Positions 11,831-23,652 are shown, counted from the first letter of the stretch. The stretch is 43,219 nucleotides of DNA from Octopus bimaculoides (GCF_001194135.2 NC_068990.1:33803776-33846994); one strand, 5' to 3'. Notes: generated by a model from the letters alone, not told the origin. Translations and numbers: made by a program.

Positions 11831-11934
11831 CACTCTCTCTCTCTCTCTCTCACACACACATACACACACACAAACTCAAATATGTTGATATCCTTGAAAA
11901 GCACATTTACAGAGTCTATTTAGAGATTGCTTAA

Positions 11935-12140
11935 CACTTTCAATACCAACCTGGCTGAAAATACTTCTGGCTCTGTAGTACAAACGTCATGTTTTCATGA
12001 CTTTTGAATTAAAACCTTCCACAATTTATGTTCTTAACACCAACTTAACGATAACTAAGTTATTTTACTAGATTCTTTGTTATATTTAAAATTAATTGAA
12101 AGAAACAGAGCATCTCAAAGTAAATATGATAACAAAAGGG
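11935..12140. mobile_element. Probable second piggyBac-type MITE family
   Basis: TTAA|cactttcaatacc ... gataacaaaaggg|ctaa: imperfect TIRs and a decayed TTAA duplication. Confidence 0.5.
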
Positions 12141-12599
12141 CTAAGCGATTTTCCAGACTGTTAACTGTCACTATCACTAACTGCAGCATCAGTCACCTTC
12201 TCCCACTACATTTGCCTTTATTATCTTATTTGAAGTCTCTCAGTTTATACCCTTCAATTGTTATTCTTTTTATTATTGTGGTTATTGTTGCCAATACATT
12301 AAGTAATCCGAATAAGGAAAACAATCCTAAATCACCAGTGTTTGCCTGAATCATTATTATTTTATGTCTGCATTCTATGCTTGTATGGGTTTGGATGGGC
12401 CATTGTAGTCCAAGTCAGTTCATATTTGGAGTTATCTGTTTTACTAGTTAGCTTAGAGGACCATGTACATATAGATTCCAGTTCTACTTGGTTTTTATGG
12501 TTGAGTGCCCTTCTAAATATTAAACACTTTACGAGAGCACTGATAATATTGATTTTTTTCTAACAAGAAAGTTTGTGATTATAAGATTGTGTGTATGAA

Positions 12600-13485
12600 C
12601 AGGGTACTTCAGCTAAATTTGACAGTTTGTATAAAACAAAAAGAAAACACAATATCCTATCCAAAAATAAAAGTATTTAAAAAAAATACCAACTAGATTA
12701 TGGCTGAGAGATTATAGTTTACTCAAAGTGGCTGCCCTTAGCTTCCACCATGGCCTTGAGAAGGCTCCAGAATCTGGTACATGCATTCTTTACTGTATCC
12801 CTGGGAAGCTCTTCGAGCACCTCCTTGATCTTGGCCACCAGCTTAAACTTGGTGTTGCAAGTAGAGTGGCTGGTGCCTTTCTCAAATGCAATCCATGGGA
12901 TACTATCAGGTGAATTGGGAGACCAGAAATTAGGTTTGGTGAAATCATGGATTCTCCAACAATCACCTCTGACTCTTTCTGGGGGTATGGCAAGGAACCA
13001 AATCCTGCTGCCACACCTGTGGCCTACCAGCAGCAATCCTCTCCAGTCAGTGTTTGACCACGATTCTCCAGCAGCTTCACATAGCAGTTTGAATTGAGCC
13101 TAAGGTCCTGTACATCAGTTGTTGGATGAATTCTGGTTTGCCGATTCAGTTAGAACACCTGATGTATCCCTTCCTGATGGCTGTGGCTTTGTAGTCTCTG
13201 CTGCAGCTGTCTATATTACATCTTACAACCTCTACAGTGTTCACAGATCATTGAGCATCAGTCATGATGTTTTCATTTTGACACCTCGTGCCAATCATCT
13301 TGATACAGGCAACTCTTTTCCAATATTCAGATGGATTCCAGTCCTCCATATCAGCTAAGTTTTTCTCAGCTACAACTTTAATCTTTATTCTTTCTAATGT
13401 CAGTGACTGCTCACCAATACATCAAGCTTTTTCTGAAATAAAGGAGATGTTAAAAACCATCATCAAATTTAGCCCAAATGCCCTG
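12600..13485 (-). mobile_element. Internally deleted Tc1/mariner element of maT (DD37D, Bmmar1-like) type
   Basis: Imperfect TIRs cagggtacttcagctaaatttga (12600) and tcaaatttagcccaaatgccctg|TA (13485). Minus strand has the N-terminus MEDWNPSEYWKR...IGKPEFIQQL joined directly to GLRLNSNCYVKLLE... and FWSPNSPD...KNACTRFWSLLKAMVEAKGSHFE*. Confidence 0.85.
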
Positions 13486-13509
13486 TATAAGGATATATTA
13501 TTATTATTA

Positions 13510-13567
13510 AGCTGGTAAACTAGGCAGATTTGTCAGCACATCAGATAAAATGACTCATGGCATTTCT

Positions 13568-13599
<32 letters not shown>

Positions 13600-13930
13600 T
13601 TAACATCCATTGTCCATGCTGGTACAGGTTGGATGGTTTGACCGGGCTGGCAGGCTGGAAAACTGCATCAGACTCCAGTCTGATTTAGCATGGTTTTCTA
13701 TGGCTAGATATCCTTCCTAACGTCAACCACTCCAAGAATGTAATGAGTGTGTCATATATGGGCTTCATATTTTGATTTTTGATTCTGCCAAACTCAACTT
13801 TGCATTTTATCTTTTGGGATCAATGAAACAATTACCACTTAAGCACTGGGGTTGATGTAATTGACTGCCCTTTCTCCAAAAAATTTCAGGCCTTGTGCCT
13901 ATACTACAAGGAATTATCATTAAGTTTCCA
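13510..13930 (+). mobile_element. SINE family A copy interrupted by a minus-strand RTE 3' tail (about 13570-13750)
   Basis: SINE head (aagctggtaaactaggcag...) stops near 13565. Then (CAT)n plus ttaacatccattgtccatgctgg...ccactccaag (RTE tail). The SINE core and tail resume at about 13765 (aactcaactttgcattttatc...caggccttgtgcct). Confidence 0.75.
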
Positions 13931-14299
13931 AAAGTGGGGAGTAACGTGGCCACATGGCATACTAACATTCTCTGTACTTCCACAGCTGCCAAAAACTAAA
14001 ACTAAACCTGTTGGACAATTAATTGTTTGCAGCATCTATGAGCTCTGATCCAACCTAGACATCATGTATGACCAACATTAACTAATAAGTAAACCTCATA
14101 TTCTATTCCTCTCAAAGAAACAAAAATCTCATCTCTTATTCATAGTCTATGTTTGCTGTCCAGACTATGATTATTACTCGGAATTTACTCAGGAAAGTGG
14201 TGTCTGTGCATGCGAGGCTTCCATACTCCCTGCTTCATATCTCTCTCACTTGAATACCAGACGCAATGACTTTTACTTATTCTGACTTAAAGTCTCTCT

Positions 14300-15320
14300 C
14301 CTCAACTCCTCTAAATATATCTGCTTCCTCTACCTGTCAGCACATCATCTTTACACTTCTCATGTTATTCAACCATTTCATTACCCTAACAGCCCATGTC
14401 AAATCTATGGGGAGTACACAATCTTCTTTGCAGCTCGTTCCTAATGACTGGTTGCAGCTGTGTCAGTTCTATACTAACTGCAATTGATGTATTCAAAAAA
14501 AGCAATGTTTGTGATTGAAGCTATCTTCCCGAGTATATCCCTCCATATTCCAAAAATATATATCCCTCCATATCCATCAAAAATTTGTTGAAAACACTCT
14601 TGTTGCATCCAATACAACCAAACCTTTTAACTAGGTACATAAATCTCCTGTTAGAACTTCCCACCTATGGCCTCCTTCCATATATTGTCTCTCAGATCAA
14701 AAGCTTCCTGTTAACTCACCTTTGTAGCATGTGTTGATGGAGCTCTGCTGACTCACATTTTATCAACTCCTATGTGCTCCAGGGTTCAGTTTTGTCTTCT
14801 ATTTTCCCCTACTATGTATCAATAACATGCCTGCCATCATCTCTAACAATGCTCGCTCCATTACAAATGATACTACACTCCATTCCTCTATAACTTTCCT
14901 CATACTAGTTTCATTCACATGCAATTTAAACATCTGTTGCCAAATCTACATTTAGTCTGCAAATAGGAACTTCAAAACCATTTTCCATTGGGGGTCACTC
15001 AAATCTTGTTTCCTTTACCAGCAAAAAGACCCAATCACTAAAGTTATCAAGAAAACGTTATCGCATCTCTCCCTCCCTAAACATGAACAACATGCAACTA
15101 AAACCCACAAGATTTCTTGAAATCGATAGGCCTTATTATAACTAAGGATCTGTCTTGATAAACACACACCTTCAACATTTCAAGGATGGCATCTCAGAGA
15201 CTGAACTTCTTCAAAGCCAGAAAATATTTCTATCCATCAATAACTACTGACCCTTTCTAAAGATCATTTGAGAATCACAATAGAATACTCGTCCTATATC
15301 ATGTATGGTGCTGCTGTATA
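14300..15320 (+). pseudogene. Heavily decayed LINE reverse transcriptase (Jockey/CR1-like group)
   Basis: Fragmentary motifs across frames: LLELPTYGLLPYIVSQIKSFL, VDG, INSYVLQGSVLSS (QG-S motif), ARSITNDTTLH (YADD position) and ASQRLNFFKARKYF. The start boundary is approximate. Confidence 0.75.
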
Positions 15321-15432
15321 CAAAGAATGGTTAATCAAATGATTGTGAAGTTGAACGCCATCTTTCACACATACTTGCACACATACACATGCTTGCGCAT
15401 GCACAAACACAGACACACACACAGAGAGTATA

Positions 15433-15465
<33 letters not shown>

Positions 15466-16079
15466 ATATATGTGTGTATGCATACATACACATACACCTT
15501 CACATTCCTACATATAATCACATACATATTATAAGCATGGATAATTTTTTCATAATTAACCAGCTTTACACAAAGATATGTTATTTTGGTTTTATAGAAA
15601 GCTTTTAAAGATTTTCAAGATAATTTTGCAACCTAACTTAAAGTGATTCTTCCTTGAAACCACTATATTAGCAAGGCAGTTGGATGGTTTCACTTGGCAG
15701 TAAGCTATTACTTCCAAAATACACAAATAGATAGATAATTCATCAACAAAATAAAATAGATAAGAATATAATCCTGTTCCAACAATGTACATCTTACATT
15801 GTTGTACAGTCAGTAACCTATCACAGAAAGGAAGGTGTAACTATAACGACAATCATGGAGATATCTGCACAGATATGATCTGATAGCCAGGATAATGAAA
15901 AACAGTTTAAATACAAATGCATTGAATTAAAAGTCAAAAGCAGTGTTTTAATCTGATAGAAACAGTTTTCTAATATACAAATTTAGCATTAAAGAAATAT
16001 GGAGGAACTTTCGTTTACAGTGGTTTACACTGGTGTAAAGAATACAGAAGATCTAAGCTGAGAGATAAATAATACTAAA

Positions 16080-16113
<34 letters not shown>

Positions 16114-16115
<2 letters not shown>

Positions 16116-16180
16116 GTATATATGCATATATATATGTGTATATATAATATAAACATATATGCGTACACATGCATGTATAT

Positions 16181-16221
<41 letters not shown>

Positions 16222-16469
16222 CATTAATATATACATATATAACATAATGACAACAGAATTACATTTAAGAAACAAAACAACTGTTGTTTCAAAAACACAG
16301 CAACTGTTTGTAAATTCAATATTATTACTAAAGGAATAAAAAATATACTTCAAAATCAATGTTTATCAGATTAACTGATTTAATTTAGTTTGACAGTGAG
16401 ATTATCTTATATACATATGCATATATATGTATGTATATATATGTGTGTGTGTGTGTGTGTGTGCATGTG

Positions 16470-16506
<37 letters not shown>

Positions 16507-16578
16507 TCATTATATAGATATGCATGAGTACGCTTATATGTTTATATTATATATACACATATATATGCATATATACAG
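16114..16578. repeat. Inverted duplication of a compound TA/CA microsatellite block
   Basis: 16114-16174 is the reverse complement of 16520-16578, with 2 substitutions and one TA-unit indel. The inner (CA)n at about 16183-16210 faces a (GT)n at about 16442-16462. Confidence 0.8.
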
Positions 16579-16639
16579 ATATATATATATACACACACAA
16601 AACAGATAAAGATATATTCATATGCATCAACATATACGT

Positions 16640-16670
<31 letters not shown>

Positions 16671-16949
16671 GATGCACACACTGTCAAGCAGTATGGGATA
16701 TTTGTATGACATGTGATATTGGTACAGCATGATTTTACAATGATATCCTAGAAGGATGGTTCTGGCACAATGCATATGTGCAATAGTAGTCAAAGCAAGA
16801 CTACAACTAAGGCAGCCAGAATAGCTTAGAAGCTTTCATAAACTGCTAAAATAATAACTTAATAGGAAATGGGATTGAAAAAAGGACATAAGATCTTCTA
16901 TTATCAGAGAACATCTCAATTATTTTTTTGAAGTATGAAAATAAAGGAT

Positions 16950-17430
16950 TTGATCCTTGAAAGCCTAATCGTAAACAGCAAGTGTCAATAAAAAGCCTCA
17001 AAATTCTCTCCAGAAAATAACCTAGAATTTTCTGTAAAAGAAGAAAAAAAATTGTGAAGACAGCAGGAGATGTGGGATAAGCATAGTAAAAATTGTAATG
17101 AATGAGTTTACTGAATACTCAAGACAGATGTGGATGTGAACTGCAAAATAAGAAGCCTCATATATTGCATAAGTTGCCTCAGTTAGAAAAAAAATTACAT
17201 CAGCCAGACTGGAAAACCCCTATCTGAATGGCAGAGGATACATAAACAACAAATACACCATCTGGATCGAATGAAAGACCCACTTAGTGAGCATTTCAAA
17301 GTTTGTGAGAACAACAAATTCAAAACGTTCATGTTTACCAATGCTTAAAAGATGATCCAATATATCATTTAGAAATGGAAGGACATTTTATGTAAAAAAA
17401 AAAAATTAATTCCCTGAATAAATTTGTTTA
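16950..17430 (+). pseudogene. Penelope-like retroelement remnant: GIY-YIG endonuclease region
   Basis: From 17121 in frame: KTDVDVNCKIRSLIYCISCLS*KKNYISQTGKPLSEWQRIHKQQIHH...PLSEHFKVCENNKF. This matches the PLE pattern C-x(3-4)-(L/V)IYxIxCxxC..YIGQT..L..R..EH. The upstream Cys-rich linker CEDSRRCG (17053) and the downstream LEMEGHF..P.(I/L)N-like tail also fit. Confidence 0.8.
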
Positions 17431-17767
17431 AAGAAACAATAATAACCAAAACAGAAAAATTTGTACATCTCCAAAAATCTCTTTAAGAAGTTGATGAAAG
17501 AGCCAGACTTAAGTATTTCTTCTTGATCTTTAAAAATTTTTTATTTTTCACTTCTATTTTGATGAAAATTCAAAAAATGGATTTCCATCTTCATTACTTT
17601 CACTCACTTATTTCTTACTATTCTAGTTATGCATTTATTAATTCTATACATACATGTGTATTCCTTATGTGTGTGCATATATGCCTGTATATATGCATGC
17701 ACGTGTGTGTATGTGTGTGTGGACACAATCATACATGAAGATATTTCATTGGACGCAAAAACCCCAC

Positions 17768-18107
17768 AGTATAAATTCTTTAACTTAAAACTTTAGTTCA
17801 GAACAAACTTTCATTTGTCACATGATATTGATGAATTGTCAGTGACAAACTACGTTCTCATGTTTTCTTTAACCTATTTCCTTCTTTTTCTTCTTCTTTT
17901 ACTCTTTCATTAATTTTATACATGATTATAAACATCTTGTTTTATGCATTCGTGTATGTATATGTTTTCTAAATATGTGTGCATGGGTACGTATGCATGT
18001 GCATATGGCTTTTGATATATCAGTAGTATAAATTATTTAACTTAAAATTCTTGTTCAAAACGTCTTCACTTGCTACATGAACCTAATGACCTGTCAGTGA
18101 CAAACTA
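17768..18107. repeat. Old direct tandem duplication, period about 257 bp
   Basis: agtataaattctttaacttaaaa...tgtcagtgacaaacta (17768-17852) recurs as agtataaattatttaacttaaaa...tgtcagtgacaaacta (18025-18107). Confidence 0.8.
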
Positions 18108-18242
18108 AATCTCAACCAATTATCAAAGAATGTGATCACTCTCATCTTGAGCAGAAATTGACTGATTCTCCAGTATTTTTGCTACAAAAAAATATAAACA
18201 ATTTTCTGTCGTTTTCCTCAGAAAATCAAATCAAGACTATAA

Positions 18243-18279
<37 letters not shown>

Positions 18280-18420
18280 CACATATATATAGTCTGGATT
18301 TTCCTATTTTCTTTATATATATTTATATATATATATATTCAGCAAAAATTTAGATTCAGATGAAAATGGTACTTAAGAATTTAGTATGGTATTATCCATA
18401 CAATTTCAAAATAAGGTGAT

Positions 18421-18634
18421 TAAAATCAAAATAAGTAACAAGGATATCCAGAGGTAATGCAGTACGATCGTTTCATGTAGCTCCATTTAATTGAACAATG
18501 CAATCATTACATCAATTGAAAATGCAGAGCAATTCTAAGCTGCACATAGATATAATAGAATCTTTTCATGTAAGTTGCATGAAACGATCATACTGCATTA
18601 CCTCTGGATATCCTTGTTGCTTATTTTGATTTTA
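18421..18634. repeat. 214-bp element with ~62-bp inverted arms, each carrying the 3' half of a hammerhead motif
   Basis: 18421-18482 and 18573-18634 are near-perfect reverse complements. The arms read GAAAC-GAUC-GUA-CUGCA (left arm on the minus strand; the right arm has a CpG-type change). The right end abuts (CA)n. Confidence 0.85.
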
Positions 18635-18998
18635 CACACACACACACACGCACACACACATATCGATAGATAGATAAATAGATAGATAGATAGATACATA
18701 CATACATACAGGAGGATCAGTTAATTATGATTTTAGTCAACGTATTCCCCTCTCAGATTCTTGCACTTATAGCAGTGGTCCTTGTTGGGTATGCAGCATT
18801 GATAAGTCACAACAATCACAAAACATCGATGTCTGTTGCTCTGAGAACGGACCTATGTGAGTTGTCTCGCTTGACTATGACTTAATTTCAGGTGTTTTTT
18901 ACACCAGGTGAGTAGAGAATATATTCTCTTGCACCTAAAAACTGCAGCCAACCTATTAAGTACCAACACACATACCTTGTGTATGTGTGTTCGATTTT

Positions 18999-19053
<55 letters not shown>

Positions 19054-19058
<5 letters not shown>

Positions 19059-19200
19059 AGAAATCACAAGAAACCAAAAGACGAAGACAGGTGGTGTAGA
19101 AAACAAACAGATGTATTAGTATAATGCTCGGGAATTGAAAAAGTCTTTAATGTTTCGAGCCTACGCTTTTCCACAGAAAGGGACACAGAAAGAAACAAGG
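19054..19200 (-). mobile_element. Penelope-type terminal repeat with an atypical, degenerate hammerhead-like motif (19143-19182), 3' end joined to (TA)n
   Basis: Minus strand: ...CUUU-CUGUGGA-A-AAGC GUAG GCUC-GAAA-CAU-UA-AAGAC, followed about 85 nt later by the (TA)n at 19003-19053. Confidence 0.5.
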
Positions 19201-19889
19201 AGAGAAAGAAGCAAAGAAAAAAAATGTGTGTAGTGGTTAGCGACCTATCAATCTATCTGCATGTATACACACACAAACACACACACATTTATATAATGTG
19301 TGTGTGTGTGTGTGTGTGTGAGACCATTGTAAGTGGATGATTTCTTTTAAGGTACTCCTGTACAGATATCCATGAGATGCATGTGCTGATCACTTCAATG
19401 CCAAGCTGCTTGAAACCACTTATACTATAGTGTCCACATTTGAATTAAAATCTTAATGAAAATCTCATTATAACATGAATGATATAATGATATTTCAACT
19501 ATTGAAAACTGCCATATTATGTACCAGTATATGAAGCTACAGATAGTTTGCTAAAATCCTTCCAATACCTTGATTATATTGAAAATTAATTGAAACTTCA
19601 TTAATCTACTCAGGTGAACTACAGTCATGTATATGGTGAATGATACATCTACTCAAATTATTCCCAAAGTATTTAAAGTCAGGTCAGCTTTGGAAGGATT
19701 AATGGCATAGATAAATGCATAACTGTATCACTGTATTGACCAGATTATCAGATGTTGTCATACACTGCCGGTCACAATGCACTTCTGCATATTGTATTGC
19801 TGCAGCTTTCAAATGATGCTATCCCACTTGCAAGGTGGGCAGACCAACTTGCTCCTGAACAAAATGCCAGGGTTACCCATTAGCAACAG

Positions 19890-20280
19890 AGTAAAGGTTA
19901 CCTTCTTGAATCATGCCGGTTTATAAGGACCAGTTTCCTAGTTCCCATGGAATATAAATTCCCCACCTGGATGGGACACCAGTCTGTCACAGAATTATTA
20001 ATTTTTTCCTTCCAGCTGCATGAACTAGAACAATGTGAAATGAAGAATTTTGCTCAAGAACACAATGTGTTGCTTGGTCCAGGAATCAAAACCACAATTT
20101 TACGATCATGAGTCCAACACCCTAACCACTAAACCACGTTCTTCAACTATTTGCAAATGAATGGACAGGAACAACATGAAATGCAGTGTTTTGCTCAAGA
20201 ATTCAATGCAACACTGGTTTGAGAATCAAAACCACAATCTCGTGATCATGAGGGCAACATCTTACTCAACAGACCACATA
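19890..20280 (-). mobile_element. SINE family B: near full-length copy (19890-20145) plus a partial adjacent copy (about 20160-20280)
   Basis: Minus head gtggtttagtggttagggtgttggactcatgatcgt..ggttttgattcc. Both copies share tttgctcaagaa.acaatg...gaatcaaaaccacaat. Confidence 0.85.
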
Positions 20281-20338
20281 CACATGCACACCTATATAAC
20301 TGGATAAGAAAAGTAGAACAGAAACAGAGACTGTAGTC

Positions 20339-20560
20339 GGTGGTGAGCTGGCAGAAACGTTAGCACACCGGGTGAAATGTTTAGCGATATTTCGTCTGCC
20401 GTTACGTTCTGAGTTCAAATTCCGCCAAGGTCGACTTTACTTTTCATCCTTTCAGGGTCGATAAATTAATTACCATTTACGTACTGGGGGTCGATGTAAT
20501 CGACTTAATCCCTTTGTTTGTCCCCTCTATGTTTGGCCCCTTGTGGGCAATAAAGAAATA
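20339..20560 (+). mobile_element. SINE family A (third tail type) with a 19-bp target-site duplication
   Basis: agaaacagagactgtagtc at 20320-20338 and at 20561-20579 flanks ggtggtgagctggcag...gagttcaaattcc...aataaagaaata. Confidence 0.95.
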
Positions 20561-21486
20561 AGAAACAGAGACTGTAGTCTGGTTCTGCATTGGCTAAAGT
20601 GATGAGTATTCCAGTTGGTTTGATCAATGGGTCAGCCTACTAATAAAGGGATTGCACCCAGAAAGTTCTCCTCCAAGTTACAAGTCTGGGCAAGGTTGCT
20701 TGTAGAAGACCAGCAGTTGCCCATACAGACCAGTTTCCACTCTCCATGAGATTGATGTTGTCCAAGGTATGTCCACTGATATTGTCCAATACAGCTTGGC
20801 ACCAGTGACATCAATTATTTCTACAGCTAAGGGAACTGGAGCAGTGTGAAATAAACAGACAGCCCTGTCCAGAAATCCAACTCATAACTTCACAATTGTA
20901 AGCCTGATGCTCTAATCACTGAGTTATCTGCTTTCTCTAAAGGTAAAATGGAAATAAAGACTGTAGACTTTGGTTATTATCAAAGAATGTAATGTAGTAA
21001 CAACTGAAGATCAAAGGTAAAAGTAGTACACTGGTTAAATTTGTTTCATCAGTTAAATACAGGTGGTGTAATTGTATTAAAGAAGACTACTGCAGTGTAG
21101 GGATTGATAAGTCATTGATTACAATGTATATCTAGGTGTACATAAGCCTATAAAATTGATGTATTAGTGTCACAAGAGAGACAAGGATATTAAAATTTTG
21201 AGTAAAACTTTTCTTTTGCAGAGAAAAATTCTTTAGTAATTTTTTTCCCCCAGCACAGACCAACATAGGTTCCCTGGAACACAGGTTTATGTTTCTGATT
21301 CCTTTACAGACCCGTACTTTTCATTATATGACATGAAATTTTTGTCTCATAAGATAATGCACATGTAGACAGTAAGGGCTGTATAATCTAGTACTATGAT
21401 CCAAATAATTGTCACTAGTAACAATATGTAACTGTTAAACAATGATATATTTTTAATGCCGTACTATTTTAGAGTACTGTTTTGCT

Positions 21487-21925
21487 TTCAAATTTTGGTA
21501 CAAGGCCAGCAGTTTCAGGGAGTAGGTAAGTCAATTACATCAACTCTAATGTTCAACTGGTACTTATTTTATCGACCCTGAAAGGATGAAAGGTAAAGTT
21601 GACCTTGGCTGAATTTGAACTCAGAACATAAGAAGTACAAAATGCTTCACAGCATTTTGTCCAGTGTAGTAGCAATTCTGTCAGTTCGCTGCCTTTATTT
21701 TAGAGACTAATAATGGTTTCAAATTTTGGCGCAAAGCCAGTAAGCTTGGGGGAGGAGCTCAGTCAATTAAATAGATCCCAGTGCTCAACTGGTACTTATT
21801 TTATCAACCCCAAAAGAATGAAAGATAAAGTCGACCTCTGCAGAATATGAACTCAGAACATGAAGACAGACGAAATGCCACTAAGCATTCTGCCCAGTGC
21901 AGTTATAACTGTCAGTTCACTGCCT
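21487..21925 (-). mobile_element. Two tandem SINE family A copies
   Basis: Copies at about 21487-21693 and 21713-21924. tttattttagagactaata is duplicated at 21694-21712 and 21925-21943. Confidence 0.9.
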
Positions 21926-22969
21926 TTATTTTAGAGACTAATATTGCAAAAAAATGATATGCAGGACATGTGTTATTTGAAGCATCATTACTCGAGAGAC
22001 TGATATCTTTTGCACTAGATTTAAAGATATCACTTTCTTTTGTAGATCAAATTTGTTTCAGAGCAAACATCTTTTTGTGTTATGAAGTTTCCTTTCTTAT
22101 GGCCTATGAATTACTATGAAGCCAGCTCCCTTAATAGGCAGGAGTGACAAAATATGATTAGTAAATGAAGTGCAATTAGCTGTTTCATTTAGATATACAA
22201 TCACATTATGTCACTGATATTTGAAAGGGTAGACTGAAAATTACCAGACTAATGAGCTGTCAAAGGAAAACAATAATGATGATAGTATAGAAAGAATAAA
22301 AATAATTAACACAAATATGACAAATTATAATTTGTATAGGAAAAAATAGTTATTAGTTTGTGGATAAATGTTGTAAGTAGTTTATGTATAGATAAACTGA
22401 AATAATATCTTTACACATGTACAAACAAAATTCTAATCACCAGCTTGTGTGACTTCACTACACATCAGAATAGACTCATTATGCTAATAAACTATCTCCA
22501 ATTAATCTGAGATAATCTGAACAAGTGGACACAGTGTCTATTTGAGATTAATCAAACACTGTATTGTTTGTTATAATAATCAACAAAAATCTAGAGCACT
22601 CTTAAATGAAAGTGAGTTGTAATTAGATAATTGGTTTACAGCTGCTATGCATGTGGGAAGTACTTTCAGTTTCATAATCAGGAAGTTATATCTTGATAAA
22701 TTCTAAGTCAAAATATTTAGAAGATACAGTTTTTTAATCATGTGGATAAAACATTCTTTCTGTAACACTAATAATTAGTTTGAGCAGGTGTAAAGAAGTT
22801 CTCCATCTCGTTAATTTTTGAACAAAATTTCAGTCAAAATGCTTAGAAATAATTTTTATAATCATGAAAAACAAAGGAGCAATAGAAACATATGGAAAGT
22901 TAGTTAGCCATAACAATTGGAATATCAATACAGTAAATGTTTTGATTTCATGAAATAGAATTATAATAT

Positions 22970-23352
22970 AGGCATAGACATGCCTATGTGATATGTTTGC
23001 ATTTGAACCATATGGATTTTGGTTCAGTCCCTCTACATGGCATCTTGTGCACGTGTCTCCTATTATAGCTTCAAGCCAACCACAGCATTTAGTAGATGGA
23101 AACTGAAAGAAACCTGTCATATAATGTGTATGTATTTGTTACCACCACCACCACCACCACCACCACCACCACTACTTGACAAATGGTGATGGCTTGTTTA
23201 CATCCCTGTAACTTTGCAGTTCTGTGTCAGAAGCTGAGAGAGTAAGTACCAGGTTTAGAAATTGAAAGTCATGAGATTGATTTGTTCGACTAAAGCTCTT
23301 CAAGGTAGTACCCCAGTGTGGCCACAGTCCACTAACTAGAACAAGTAAAAAG
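22970..23352 (+). mobile_element. SINE family C (CORE-like segment), diverged, with internal (ACC)n
   Basis: Head ggcatagacatgcctatgtg..ggttcagtccc..., gatggaaactgaaagaa.cctgtc, internal (ACC)n at about 23141-23172, tail ..gtggccacagtcc..aacaagtaaaaag. Confidence 0.7.
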
Positions 23353-23648
23353 TAAGAGATACATTGATGTAATATTTAGCCTCCTTTAGGAATTATTATT
23401 TCTACCACTTTGTTTTTATAAATGCTTCAAAGAAAGAAACAGATAAAAATAGATTTTCCTTTCATTTTGCAAACCTCTGGTGCTGGATATATGTCCACTT
23501 CCTCAAATATCTCTAAACATTTGATGAGATGGTCCTTTCCTACAACCATGAAACTTTTGAGTAACGTAGAGCTAAGTACAACTCTTACTAAATACATGTA
23601 ACTCCAAATGTGTTGAGTGTTCTTTGGTTTTGTATATTCACTCACTCA

Positions 23649-23652
<4 letters not shown>

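Noticed and set aside
17245-17275. Minus-strand DPDGVFV resembling the AGBL4 NPDGVYL motif
   Set aside because: It is on the wrong side of the known exon, lacks the surrounding residues, and is the antisense of the Penelope remnant.
23475-23542. Minus-strand candidate exon GKDHLIKCLEIFEEVDIYPAPE
   Set aside because: Weak donor (gtttgc) and no match to AGBL4 or any protein I recognise.
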